A stretch of DNA of 64,000 nt from an uncultured Oceanospirillaceae bacterium (GTDB taxonomy: Bacteria > Pseudomonadota > Gammaproteobacteria > Pseudomonadales > Oceanobacteraceae): assembly GCA_937974825.1 (NCBI GenBank), contig CALJVD010000033.1, forward strand, positions 6,957 to 70,956, written 5' to 3'. How positions within the stretch are numbered: position 1 is the stretch's first letter; every line of letters starts with the position of its first letter. The position numbers were made by a program, and so were the translations under genes. Of this stretch, positions 45,961 through 56,870 are shown in pieces. Below the pieces are notes generated by a model. That model did not search any database. It was not told the DNA's origin and saw only the letters and a list, made by a program, of their open reading frames with translations.

Positions 45961-48657
45961 ATGTTCAGCAATAGGCTTAAGCGATTATCACTTATAGTGT
46001 TGATTGCCTTGGTGCTAACCATTGGCTTATTGCTGCTTCTCCCTACTTTTTTAAAGCCCAGTTTAAACCGTCTACTCCCCGAGCTTTTAGGCTCAAAGCG
46101 CAAGCCTGCTAGTGTGCATATACAATCGTTAAGCTGGACAGGACTGACCTTGTCAGAATTAACCATGGGCTTGGCTGGCGGTGATACCTTAGAGCTAAAA
46201 AATCTCACTCTGCGCTACCATCCACTCGATCTTCTGCAAGCTCAGATTAATAGCCTTGAAATTGACTACCTTAGTTACACTTGGGGGGAGTCAGAGCTAA
46301 GAGAAGTAGCTGAAGAAGTAGCCGATGATGCGCGGGAAGTGGCTAAAAACAGCTTCAATAGTTACTTAGAGATTCCAGTTTTAAATCAATTATTAGAGTT
46401 GCCTCTAAACGATCTCGTTATTCATAAGCTGCAGTTAGATCATCCAGAGTTCGGTGCCGACCTTCAGGTAAAACTCGATTCAGATTTATTACGCGTTAAT
46501 GGTCTGGCGCTATTAACTTCGGTGAATGCGCCTTGGTTACTAGAGTTACAACTGCACCCAAGCGGTCGTTGGTTTGTAATGTTATCCGATGACAGTCAGT
46601 TACTGGCGCAACAAGATGGTTATATTCGACAAGACGCTGATTATACTTATGTCGACATTAATCAACGGCTAGATCTTGCTGCTTTTAGTCAACGATTGGC
46701 AGTCTTGAATGATACTCCAATTCCCTTAGATGAGATGCGCTTAAGCCTTACTTTACAGCAACCTAATAAAGGTGTGTTTCCGGCAGAAGCAATAGTGACG
46801 GCAAATGCGTGGTTATCTAGTTCTGATGGTAAATTATTAGGGACTTATCCTTGGCAGGCGACGACCTGGGCGATGGCGTTAAACAAAGAAACTAGCAGCT
46901 CGGACTGGCGTTTTAGTTTAGCCAGCAGCCCTCAGAGGCTTGAAGTAAAAGATCCTAGCTTAGTTCAGCTCGTTCAATACAGTGGCTACCAACAGCTACA
47001 AGCAAATTGCTCGGCAGATTTAAGTGAGTGCCATGTCGATGCCAACCTGCGTGCGCAGCTATTAAATAAACAACAGTTGTTGGGGCAAATGGATTTAACC
47101 CCAAGTATGATCTGGAACCAAAATGCTGGTGGGCGGTTACAATTACCCATTAAAGCGAAAGCCAACATCAGCGAGCTGCTTGCAGATACACCGCTTAAAC
47201 AGGTCGTATTAAACGGTGAAGTACAGGCGCTCTTACAAGACAGTTTATGGCAGCTCGAAAGCAAAGATGGATTATCAGTAACGCTTGCTGAACAGCAGGT
47301 TGAAGGTTGGCAGCAAAGCAAAGTTTCCATGAAAGTACTGCCTAACTTAAGCATGCAAGGCGATTTAGAAAGTGAGCATCCGCGTGATCAGTTTGCTGCA
47401 CAAGCGTTAACCTTTGAGATACAACCTTTCACTTTAAGTAAGGCTGCAACCAAGGATCATCCAGAATCAAACATTAAGGTGGCTCAAAGCCAAGTATCTT
47501 GCCGACCCTTTATTACAATCGACAGTATTACTAGCCCTTGCCAAGTACAGATTAAAACCAATAAATCCAGCATTGAAGGCTGGCCAATTCCTGCCGCCAA
47601 CTTAGCGGGAAGTTTGTTATTTCGACAAGCACCAACCGGGCAACATATTAGCTCACAGTTACGTTTGAATGCTGCCAACGATTTAATTCGTATGCGTATT
47701 AACGCTCAGCACAATATAGGTAGCCAGTCGGGTAATTTGCAGTGGCACTTAGAAGATGTGAAGTTAAATTGGTATACCTTAGATATGCCTGAAATGTTGG
47801 CGCTCACTAAGTTTGAATTGTTCAATGGCAGTGTCGCTGGGCAAGGTTGGGTCGACTGGCAGATAAAAAATGATGAGCTACAAGTTAGCCCCGATATTAG
47901 CTTGCGCATCGATAACCTTAGTGGAGCATACGATAACACCGTTGCCTTAGAAGGTTTGAATGGGTTGTTTACTGTACGCCGTCCATTCCTTGGTAATTAT
48001 TTGGTAGACGCACAAATCAGTGGTCGCAGTTTAAACCCTGGCATTGAGCTTAAAAACATCTTAGCGCGTAGCCAAACAGAGATAGCAGAAGATTTTTCTT
48101 GGGCTGTCGCCAATATTTACGAAGTACGCACTGACTTACTGGGCGGCACGGTTAGCACACCGCTGATTGAATACGATACTCGTAACACCTCTAATCACTT
48201 TAGTATTGAACTGAATAGAATTTTAATGTCACAAGTGGTGGCGATAGAACCGTCGTCTGAAATCAAAGCGACCGGTATCTTGGACGGTCTGGTACCGGTG
48301 GTTATTACGCCCGAAGGTTTGGAAATTCCCACTGGCTCATTGTTTGCACGTGATCCAGGGGGCAATGTTCGTTATCAAAATGCGACTGCCGATGCGTTGG
48401 CTCAAAGTGATCAGAGCATGGGTATGGCAATGCAGCTACTCAGTGACTTTCAGTACAATAAGCTGCAAGCCGGTGTTGCCTATCAGCCTGATGGGAAATT
48501 TAACTTAGACTTACAGTTTCAGGGGAAGAATCCAGGGTTCTTTAATGGTAAACCCACTCATCTAAACGTAAATCTCGAATACAACTTGCTCGACTTGCTA
48601 GAAAGCTTGCGGATAGCCGACGATATCATTACGCGTGTCGAAGAAAAGTATCAGTAG
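45961..48657 (+). CDS. YdbH-like large envelope protein (AsmA-like / intermembrane lipid-transport family)
   Basis: 898 aa with an N-terminal TM anchor and long repetitive beta-rich sequence. The C-terminal region (..GNVRYQNATADALAQSDQSMGMAMQLLSDFQYNKLQAGVAYQPDGKFNLDLQFQGKNP...LNVNLEYNLLDLLESL) fits the YdbH C-terminal domain as I recall it. Confidence 0.6.
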   Translation: MFSNRLKRLSLIVLIALVLTIGLLLLLPTFLKPSLNRLLPELLGSKRKPASVHIQSLSWTGLTLSELTMGLAGGDTLELKNLTLRYHPLDLLQAQINSLEIDYLSYTWGESELREVAEEVADDAREVAKNSFNSYLEIPVLNQLLELPLNDLVIHKLQLDHPEFGADLQVKLDSDLLRVNGLALLTSVNAPWLLELQLHPSGRWFVMLSDDSQLLAQQDGYIRQDADYTYVDINQRLDLAAFSQRLAVLNDTPIPLDEMRLSLTLQQPNKGVFPAEAIVTANAWLSSSDGKLLGTYPWQATTWAMALNKETSSSDWRFSLASSPQRLEVKDPSLVQLVQYSGYQQLQANCSADLSECHVDANLRAQLLNKQQLLGQMDLTPSMIWNQNAGGRLQLPIKAKANISELLADTPLKQVVLNGEVQALLQDSLWQLESKDGLSVTLAEQQVEGWQQSKVSMKVLPNLSMQGDLESEHPRDQFAAQALTFEIQPFTLSKAATKDHPESNIKVAQSQVSCRPFITIDSITSPCQVQIKTNKSSIEGWPIPAANLAGSLLFRQAPTGQHISSQLRLNAANDLIRMRINAQHNIGSQSGNLQWHLEDVKLNWYTLDMPEMLALTKFELFNGSVAGQGWVDWQIKNDELQVSPDISLRIDNLSGAYDNTVALEGLNGLFTVRRPFLGNYLVDAQISGRSLNPGIELKNILARSQTEIAEDFSWAVANIYEVRTDLLGGTVSTPLIEYDTRNTSNHFSIELNRILMSQVVAIEPSSEIKATGILDGLVPVVITPEGLEIPTGSLFARDPGGNVRYQNATADALAQSDQSMGMAMQLLSDFQYNKLQAGVAYQPDGKFNLDLQFQGKNPGFFNGKPTHLNVNLEYNLLDLLESLRIADDIITRVEEKYQ

Positions 48658-48754
48658 AGCAGACGGCATCACTTAAATTGATCCTGATTAAAAAATACTC
48701 AGATTTCTATGTAGAAGCGGTGTTACTCATGCGTCTTTATATAATTTACGTTAG

Positions 48755-49801
<1,047 letters not shown>

Positions 49802-49877
49802 TTCCGATTAACTTTAAATATTGAGAGTTGCCCCTATATACTCTCAGTAATCAAATTAACCCTATAAGGTGAAATAC

Positions 49878-50204
49878 ATGAGCGATAATATTATTAACGT
49901 TACCGACAGCTCGTTTGAAGCTGACGTTCTAGGTTCAGACATTCCTGTACTAGTAGACTTTTGGGCTGCTTGGTGTGGTCCTTGTAAAATGATCGCTCCA
50001 GTACTAGAAGTGCTAGCGGATGAGTACGCAGGCAAAGTTAAAATCGCTAAATTAAATATCGATGAAAACGAAGCAACGGCACCTAAGTACAACATTCGCT
50101 CAATCCCAACCTTACTTCTTTTCCGTAATGGCCAGGTTGAAGCAACCAAAATTGGTGCAGCCAGTAAGTCAGAATTGGCAGAGTTTATCGAGCAGGCTCT
50201 CTAG
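49878..50204 (+). CDS. trxA: Thioredoxin 1
   Basis: 108 aa: [30 protein letters not shown]. The ATG at 49878 follows AAGGTGA. Confidence 0.95.
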   Translation: MSDNIINVTDSSFEADVLGSDIPVLVDFWAAWCGPCKMIAPVLEVLADEYAGKVKIAKLNIDENEATAPKYNIRSIPTLLLFRNGQVEATKIGAASKSELAEFIEQAL

Positions 50205-50223
50205 TTTTGGTCAAAAAACATAG

Positions 50224-50249
50224 AAAAGGCGCAGATTTGCGCCTTTTTT
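50224..50249 (+). terminator. Intrinsic terminator after trxA
   Basis: GGCGCA-GATT-TGCGCC followed by T6. Confidence 0.8.
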
Positions 50250-50369
50250 GTGGACACCCACCTACTATTAGGTCTATAGTCACTCCTGCTGAATAAAACT
50301 CAGCCCCTCTCTGAAGATCATTCGTTTTTATTCAATTAATTTTAATAACCGCTAATACATCCAACCTCT

Positions 50370-51641
50370 ATGAACCTATCTGATTTAAAACTTAAGTCTG
50401 TCCCCGAGTTGCTTGAGCTTGCAAAAGAAATGAAGCTTGAGAACGTAAGCCGCACCCGCAAACAAGATATTATCTTTGCTATTTTAAAAAACCACGCTAA
50501 AAGCGGTGAAGATATTTACGGCGAAGGTGTATTAGAAATTCTTCAAGATGGCTTCGGCTTCTTACGCTATTCTAATAGCTCTTATCTAGCAGGACCTGAT
50601 GATATTTATGTGTCACCAAGTCAGATTAGACGCTTTAACTTGCGTAAAGGTGATGAATTAGCAGGTAAGATTCGCCCACCTAAAGACAACGAACGTTATT
50701 TTGCCCTCCTAAAAGTTAATACCATCAATGGCGATAAGCCAGAAAACACTAAGAACAAAGTTCTATTTGAAAACCTAACACCTTTATTCCCACAAGAACG
50801 CTTTGTATTAGAAGCAGGTAATGGTTCAACAGAAGACTTATCGTCACGTGTGTTAGATTTGGTAGCACCTATTGGTAAGGGGCAGCGTGGCTTAATCGTT
50901 GCACCGCCTAAAGCCGGTAAAACTATTCTGTTACAGAGCATTGCTCAATCTATTACTCGTAACAACCCTGAGTGTGACTTAATCGTACTGCTTATCGATG
51001 AGCGCCCAGAAGAGGTGACAGAGATGCAGCGTTCAGTACGAGGCGAAGTTGTTGCTTCTACCTTCGATGAGCCAGCCTCACGTCACGTACAGGTTGCCGA
51101 AATGGTGATCGAGAAGGCAAAACGTCTGGTTGAGCACAAGCATGACGTTGTCATTCTACTCGACTCTATGACGCGTCTAGCTCGTGCTTATAACACTGTA
51201 GTGCCTTCATCAGGTAAGGTGCTTACTGGTGGTGTTGATGCTAACGCTTTAGAGAAGCCAAAGCGTTTCTTTGGTGCTGCACGTAACATCGAAGAAGGTG
51301 GATCACTAACTATTATCGCAACAGCGTTAGTAGATACTGGTTCTAAGATGGACGAAGTAATTTACGAAGAGTTTAAAGGTACAGGTAACCAAGAGTTGCA
51401 CCTGGATCGTAAAATTGCTGAAAAACGTATTTATCCTGCTATTAACATCCGTCGTTCAGGCACGCGTCGTGAAGATATGATGTTTGATGAGCAATCATTA
51501 CAGCGTCTATGGATACTACGTCGTCTATTAACGGAAATGGAAGACCAGCAATCCATCGAGTTTTTATTAGATAAGCTTCGTCAAACGAAGACTAACGATG
51601 AGTTCTTCGACAATATGCGCGGTGGTGGTAAGTCTTCATAA
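50370..51641 (+). CDS. rho: Transcription termination factor Rho
   Basis: 423 aa: MNLSDLK...[22 protein letters not shown], and Walker A APPKAGKT. Confidence 0.96.
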   Translation: MNLSDLKLKSVPELLELAKEMKLENVSRTRKQDIIFAILKNHAKSGEDIYGEGVLEILQDGFGFLRYSNSSYLAGPDDIYVSPSQIRRFNLRKGDELAGKIRPPKDNERYFALLKVNTINGDKPENTKNKVLFENLTPLFPQERFVLEAGNGSTEDLSSRVLDLVAPIGKGQRGLIVAPPKAGKTILLQSIAQSITRNNPECDLIVLLIDERPEEVTEMQRSVRGEVVASTFDEPASRHVQVAEMVIEKAKRLVEHKHDVVILLDSMTRLARAYNTVVPSSGKVLTGGVDANALEKPKRFFGAARNIEEGGSLTIIATALVDTGSKMDEVIYEEFKGTGNQELHLDRKIAEKRIYPAINIRRSGTRREDMMFDEQSLQRLWILRRLLTEMEDQQSIEFLLDKLRQTKTNDEFFDNMRGGGKSS

Positions 51642-51660
51642 GACTCCATCCTGCAGCCAT

Positions 51661-51690
51661 AAAAAAACCGCCCATCTAGGGCGGTTTTTT
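51661..51690. terminator. Bidirectional intrinsic terminator between convergent rho and rpoH
   Basis: A7-CCGCCC-ATCTA-GGGCGG-T6. Confidence 0.85.
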
Positions 51691-51714
51691 GTTTAGGGTT
51701 AAACAATCTAAGCA

Positions 51715-52581
51715 TTAGGCAACGAGTGCGTCACCCATGACAGTTTTAAGCTTATTCATTGCGTTTTTCTCTAGCTGACGAATACGCTCGGCCGATACGC
51801 CGTAAACTGCAGCAAGTTCATGCAGAGTGGCTTTGTCTTCTGTTAGCCAGCGTTTTTGTAGAATGTCGCGGCTGCGTTCGTCTAGCTCAGCCAGTGCTTG
51901 GTGTAAACGATCGTTAGAGTCTTTTTCAAAGTTGTCATCTTCTACTAATAACGCAGGGTCGGCACTTTTGTCTTCTAAAAATAGAGCGGGTGCCTGACTT
52001 ACGTTATCTTCGTCGTCGTTATCACGTGCATCAAAGGCTGTGTCGTATGCGTTTAAGCGGCCTTCCATTTCATAAACGGTACGTGTTTCTACGCCTAAGT
52101 CATCGGCAATAGCGTTTGCTTCTTCATTGTTTAACCAACCAAGGCTTTTCTTTTTGCTGCGTAAGTTAAAGAATAATTTACGCTGAGCTTTGGTCGTTGC
52201 GACTTTCACAATACGCCAGTTGCGTAGAATAAATTCATGGATTTCTGCTTTGATCCAATGCACTGCAAAGGATACTAGGCGAACGCCAACCTCAGGATTA
52301 AAGCGTTTAACCGCTTTCATAAGGCCTACGTTACCTTCTTGAATTAGGTCGGCTTGGTTTAACCCATAGCCTGAATAGCTGCGTGCAATATGCACAACGA
52401 AGCGCAAGTGAGACATAACTAAAATACGTGCGGCTTCTAAGTCTTGCTCATAATATAGACGATCAGACAGTTCACGCTCTTCAACAGGCGTTAAAACAGG
52501 AATAGCGCTAATAGTAGCCACATAGGACTCTAAATTAGCACCTGGTGATAAAGCATTTACTGCTGTGATTGCTTTGGTCAT
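51715..52581 (-). CDS. rpoH: RNA polymerase sigma-32 (heat shock sigma factor)
   Basis: 288 aa with the RpoH box ([12 protein letters not shown]), region 2 ([17 protein letters not shown]) and a region 4 HTH. Confidence 0.95.
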   Translation of the reverse strand: MTKAITAVNALSPGANLESYVATISAIPVLTPVEERELSDRLYYEQDLEAARILVMSHLRFVVHIARSYSGYGLNQADLIQEGNVGLMKAVKRFNPEVGVRLVSFAVHWIKAEIHEFILRNWRIVKVATTKAQRKLFFNLRSKKKSLGWLNNEEANAIADDLGVETRTVYEMEGRLNAYDTAFDARDNDDEDNVSQAPALFLEDKSADPALLVEDDNFEKDSNDRLHQALAELDERSRDILQKRWLTEDKATLHELAAVYGVSAERIRQLEKNAMNKLKTVMGDALVA

Positions 52582-52647
52582 TCATTACTCCTGAGTGTTT
52601 TTCACTAACCGTAAAAAATGGCTAGTTAACAATACTATCATAGCACC

Positions 52648-52675
52648 TTAAGACAGCAAATAGACTGGAAAGTTC
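52648..52675 (-). promoter_or_regulatory. Candidate sigmaE-type promoter upstream of rpoH
   Basis: Minus strand: GAACTT (52670-52675), 16 bp, TCTTAA (52648-52653). This resembles the GGAACTT-N16-TCNAA sigmaE consensus and the known sigmaE-dependent rpoH P3 of E. coli. Confidence 0.4.
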
Positions 52676-52699
52676 AGTGTGATAAGTGGTTGCAGCGGC

Positions 52700-53671
52700 T
52701 TAAGGTTCGATTTCGCCTAGGTGTCTGCTGACAGACCACCATGCGCCAATCCAGCCTAAAAACATAGCACAACATAATATAACCATGGCGGCAGAGGCCG
52801 ATAAAGGTTTGAGTCGAAAGTGTGAGCCGTAAAGCATAGCTAAATCGGCGGCCGGGCCTTTCAAGATAAGCCAGCAAATAATAAGTAGTATCCACGCAAG
52901 TAGGCCGCCTATCATGCCGTACCATAAACCGGTGTATAAGAAGGGGCGGCGCACCCAGGCATTAGTGCCACCTACTAATTTTACTACGCGAATTTCATCA
53001 ACTCGCGCAGCAATAGCTAAGCGAATGGTATTACCTACAACCAATATAATCGCCAGAGCCAACAGCGACCCTAAAACTAATACTGTTCGTTCTGCCAGTG
53101 CCAAGATTGAATGCAGCCGCTCTACCCAAGCAATATCTAATTGAACTGAATCAACATGATGGTAGCTTTTTAGGGTGGTAAGCAAGTGCTGTACTTGCTC
53201 AGTTTCTAACCCTAAGGGTGGCTCAACATAGATGGTTGAAGGCAAAGGGTTGCTCGGCAAGAAGTCGAGGGCGGCTTGCAGACCACTGTGTTCTCGAAAT
53301 TCGACTAAGGCAGTCTCTGCATCAATAAATTCAGTGGTTACAACGTTATCGACTTGTTTGAGGCGCTCGCTCAGAGCCTGACCTTCTTCTAGGCTAGCTT
53401 CAGGGGATAGGTAAAGAGTAATACGCCCCGAGGCCTGAAACTGGTTGCTCAGTTGTGCAGTGTTGTCGAGCGCCATCCATAATGCGCCGGGTAACGTTAA
53501 AGCGATAGCAATCACTAACCATGTTAGTACGCTAGAAAACGGGTTTTGCAGTAAGCGAATTAATGTTTCTACTGCTACTTGTTGGTGATGCGCTAACCAA
53601 CTTTCAACACGCTTTTTAAGGCTAAGGTCTTGAGCAGAGGCGCCAGACTGTGGTCGTTTTACTTCAACCAT
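52700..53671 (-). CDS. ftsX: Cell division ABC transporter permease FtsX
   Basis: About 323 aa with four TM segments and a periplasmic domain. The ATG at 53671 overlaps the ftsE stop (ATGGTTGA). The track ORF extends further into ftsE. Confidence 0.88.
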   Translation of the reverse strand: MVEVKRPQSGASAQDLSLKKRVESWLAHHQQVAVETLIRLLQNPFSSVLTWLVIAIALTLPGALWMALDNTAQLSNQFQASGRITLYLSPEASLEEGQALSERLKQVDNVVTTEFIDAETALVEFREHSGLQAALDFLPSNPLPSTIYVEPPLGLETEQVQHLLTTLKSYHHVDSVQLDIAWVERLHSILALAERTVLVLGSLLALAIILVVGNTIRLAIAARVDEIRVVKLVGGTNAWVRRPFLYTGLWYGMIGGLLAWILLIICWLILKGPAADLAMLYGSHFRLKPLSASAAMVILCCAMFLGWIGAWWSVSRHLGEIEP

Positions 53672-54350
53672 GATTGCCTCCAGGAATCTGGCCTTCGTAT
53701 AAATGGCCGTGGTCAAGAATAATACGTCTGCAACCCATGCGCTCAACTAGATCGATATCGTGAGTGGCAATTAATATTGTGACACCGGCTTGTTGGAAGC
53801 GTGCAAAAAGCTGCATGATTTCTTCTGACAGTTCAGGATCAAGGTTACCGGTGGGTTCGTCGGCAAGAAGTAAAGGCGGTTTGTTGACGACAGCGCGGGC
53901 AATGCCTACGCGTTGTTGTTCACCACCTGATAGTTCAATAGGGTTTCTTTTCTCTTTACCCAATAAACCAACAGCGTCTAAGGCGGCGCGAACTCTGCGA
54001 CCGGTATCGGTGGGAGAAAAACCGGCAATTTGTAATGGTAAAGCGACGTTGTCGTATACGCTACGATCAAATAACAGTTGGTGGTTTTGAAACACGACAC
54101 CCACTTTACGTCTATGGTAAGGCACCATCATGCTGGGCATGCGGTTAAGGTTACGACCGTCTACGCTGATGCTGCCACGAGAGGGCTTTTCCATCATCAT
54201 CATCAGCTTAAGTAAGGTACTTTTACCGGCGCCACTGTGGCCAGTAAGGAACGCCATTTCTCCGCGTGCTAATTCAAAACTGATATTGCTAAGCGCTGTA
54301 TTGCCGCTTGCGTAATGTTTACTCACACGCTCAAAGCGAACCATAGTCAT
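53664..54350 (-). CDS. ftsE: Cell division ATP-binding protein FtsE
   Basis: Walker [10 protein letters not shown], signature LSGGEQQR and Walker B LLLADEPT. It is closely similar to the E. coli FtsE N-terminus. Confidence 0.94.
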   Translation of the reverse strand: MTMVRFERVSKHYASGNTALSNISFELARGEMAFLTGHSGAGKSTLLKLMMMMEKPSRGSISVDGRNLNRMPSMMVPYHRRKVGVVFQNHQLLFDRSVYDNVALPLQIAGFSPTDTGRRVRAALDAVGLLGKEKRNPIELSGGEQQRVGIARAVVNKPPLLLADEPTGNLDPELSEEIMQLFARFQQAGVTILIATHDIDLVERMGCRRIILDHGHLYEGQIPGGNHG

Positions 54351-54355
54351 AAGCG

Positions 54356-55420
54356 TTACTCGCTGCCTTCTTGTTGGAATAATGCTTTGGTAAATTCTTC
54401 TGCGTTAAATGGGCGTAGGTCATCGATGCCTTCACCGATACCGATATAACGTACAGGTATGCCAAACTGCTGCGCTAAGGAGAAGATGATGCCCCCTTTC
54501 GCGGTGCCGTCTAATTTAGTCAGCGTTAGGCCAGTAACGCCTACCACTTCTTTAAATTGCTTAGTCTGATTGACGGCATTTTGTCCGGTGCCTGCATCTA
54601 ACACCAACATCACTTCATGTGGCGCAGAAGGGTCGACCTTTTTAATAACACGAACAACTTTCTCAAGTTCTTGCATTAAGTTGTCTTTGTTATGTAAGCG
54701 ACCGGCAGTGTCGGCAATAAGGATGTCGATATCACGTGCTTGGGCTGCTTTTACCGCATCGAATAATACCGAGGCTGAGTCTGCCCCTGTGTGTTGGGCG
54801 ATTACTGGAACGTTGTTGCGCTCGCCCCAGGTTTGAAGCTGCTCGACGGCTGCAGCTCGGAAGGTATCCCCAGCAGCGAGCATCACTTTTTTGTTTTTAG
54901 CCTGGAATTGTTTAGTCAGTTTACCAATAGTAGTGGTTTTCCCCACACCATTAATGCCCACCATTAGAATGATGTACGGCTTTTGCCCAGTGTTGGTTTC
55001 AAGCGGGCGCTCAACCCCTTTAAGAATAGTTTCTAACTCTTTAATTAAAGCGTTATAGAGCGCATCGGAGTTATTGACTTCTTTACGGCTAATTTGGCCG
55101 TTAATCTTATCCATAATAGCTTGAGTGGTTTCGATACCCACATCAGCCATTAATAACTGAGTTTCTAGTTCTTCTAATAAGTCTTCATCAATTTCTTTTT
55201 TGCCTAGCAATAGACTGGCTAAGCCTTCGCTTAAACCACCACGGGTGCGGCTTAAGCCTTGTTGCATGCGTTTAAATAATCCAGGCTTACGAGCTGGCAG
55301 AATTTCTACCGTTGGTTTTTGAGGTTCTTCTTCAACGATGGGTTGTTCTTGTGTTATCTCTTCAGGCTTGGCTTCTGCTTTGTCTGCCTTGCCCTTTTTA
55401 CCTTTAAAAAAATCAAACAT
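54356..55420 (-). CDS. ftsY: Signal recognition particle receptor FtsY
   Basis: Acidic N-terminal region followed by an NG domain (GVNGVGKTTTIGKL, DTAGR, TKLDGTAKGG). I prefer the Met at 55420 (MFDFFKGKK..). Confidence 0.92.
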   Translation of the reverse strand: MFDFFKGKKGKADKAEAKPEEITQEQPIVEEEPQKPTVEILPARKPGLFKRMQQGLSRTRGGLSEGLASLLLGKKEIDEDLLEELETQLLMADVGIETTQAIMDKINGQISRKEVNNSDALYNALIKELETILKGVERPLETNTGQKPYIILMVGINGVGKTTTIGKLTKQFQAKNKKVMLAAGDTFRAAAVEQLQTWGERNNVPVIAQHTGADSASVLFDAVKAAQARDIDILIADTAGRLHNKDNLMQELEKVVRVIKKVDPSAPHEVMLVLDAGTGQNAVNQTKQFKEVVGVTGLTLTKLDGTAKGGIIFSLAQQFGIPVRYIGIGEGIDDLRPFNAEEFTKALFQQEGSE

Positions 55421-55546
55421 GGAAGATTCCGTAACAATATAAAGCATATATTAGGGGCTTATCCTACCATTATTTTGAGTGAATCCCATCGACAATAGTG
55501 GATTAGTTTTCTACCATGCGTTCAATTTTAACGAAAATCTTTTTCT

Positions 55547-56095
55547 ATGCGCAAAACACAGAATCAACAGCTACGAATAATTGGTGGGCAATGGCGTTCT
55601 AGACGACTCAACTTCCCATCGATTGAAGGCTTACGCCCCACCTTAGATCGTATCAGAGAAACTCTGTTTAACTGGTTACAGTTTGATGTAGAGGGTAAGC
55701 GAGTATTGGATGCTTTTGCCGGCAGTGGCGCGTTAGGCTTTGAAGCCTTGTCGCGTGGTGCTAAAGAAGTGGTGTTTTTAGAAAAAAGTCCTCAAGCCGC
55801 AGCGCAAATAAAAGCCAACATAGGGTTGCTAGGGGTAGAAAATGCTCAAGTGTGGGCGGGTGATAGCTTGCAATGGTTAGAGCAAAACAATAGCGAGTAT
55901 GACTTGGTCTTTCTTGATCCGCCTTTTCACTGCAATTTACTGCAGCCTGCAATCGATAAACTCAAATTACCAGTCGGCGCCTTAGTTTATGTCGAGCATG
56001 AACCTAATCTTTTGCCAAAATGGCCAGACAATTGGACAGAGCGAAAAAGCAAAAGCAGTAAAGAGTTTTGCTTTCGCTTATTTGAAGTGCATTAA
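55547..56095 (+). CDS. rsmD: 16S rRNA (guanine(966)-N(2))-methyltransferase
   Basis: 182 aa with LRIIGGQWRSRRL, DAFAGSGALGFEALSRGA and FLDPPF. It is divergent from ftsY as in E. coli. Confidence 0.9.
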   Translation: MRKTQNQQLRIIGGQWRSRRLNFPSIEGLRPTLDRIRETLFNWLQFDVEGKRVLDAFAGSGALGFEALSRGAKEVVFLEKSPQAAAQIKANIGLLGVENAQVWAGDSLQWLEQNNSEYDLVFLDPPFHCNLLQPAIDKLKLPVGALVYVEHEPNLLPKWPDNWTERKSKSSKEFCFRLFEVH

Positions 56096-56099
56096 CGAT

Positions 56100-56762
56100 T
56101 TATGGCAGCCAATTAGGCTTGGGCATAAACTTCTTCTGTAGGGCGATAATTTCTTTTTTATATTCGTCTACTATGTAGGGGCGACTGACCACAAACACTT
56201 GATATATTCCGCCTTGAAGAAGCTCGATTGAAATATTGGTGTTGTTCCCCATTAGCAAATTGCAGTGTAAGAAAGAAAACCAAGAAGTCACAATAATCCA
56301 AATATTCAGCGCTACCGAGCTGATCTCATCTTTTGGCACGTTAACCATGCCAGCCTCAATCAGGCCTTCAATAATGAGTATGACTTGATGCAAGCACTGG
56401 CGGAAGAAGTTTCTAAAGGATTCATGCAGCGAAGGATCTGTTTGCAAAAAATGTTCAATATCTCGATGAAAGAAACGGTATTTCCATAATGCAGAAAACA
56501 CTTCTTGCAGATAATGCACTTTGTCTTGCAGTTGTAGGCTTCTGTCAGTCGGGACATCGAGGATATCCATAATGATCGCTTGGTACTGATCAAAAAGCGC
56601 ATGAATAATCATCTGCTTGTTGCGAAAGTGGTAATACAAATTACCCGGCGACATGTTCAGGTGGGCGGCAATATGATTGGTTGTAACGTTACGTTCACCA
56701 AGCTCATTAAACAGAGTTAGGCTAGCGCTTAGTATCTTGTCTTTTGTTCCCACGAGCGGCAT
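56100..56762 (-). CDS. TetR/AcrR family transcriptional regulator
   Basis: 220 aa with an N-terminal HTH (ILSASLTLFNELGERNVTTNHIAAHLNMSPGNLYYHF). It is divergent from the ALDH operon. Confidence 0.85.
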   Translation of the reverse strand: MPLVGTKDKILSASLTLFNELGERNVTTNHIAAHLNMSPGNLYYHFRNKQMIIHALFDQYQAIIMDILDVPTDRSLQLQDKVHYLQEVFSALWKYRFFHRDIEHFLQTDPSLHESFRNFFRQCLHQVILIIEGLIEAGMVNVPKDEISSVALNIWIIVTSWFSFLHCNLLMGNNTNISIELLQGGIYQVFVVSRPYIVDEYKKEIIALQKKFMPKPNWLP

Positions 56763-56870
56763 CCATTTTGTAGCAGAAATTAAGAGTATGAATTGATAAA
56801 TAAGCTTGATATTCTAGAGCATTAACTCTAATAATTAAAAAATACTATCACACTCTGCAGGTGTTTTCCT

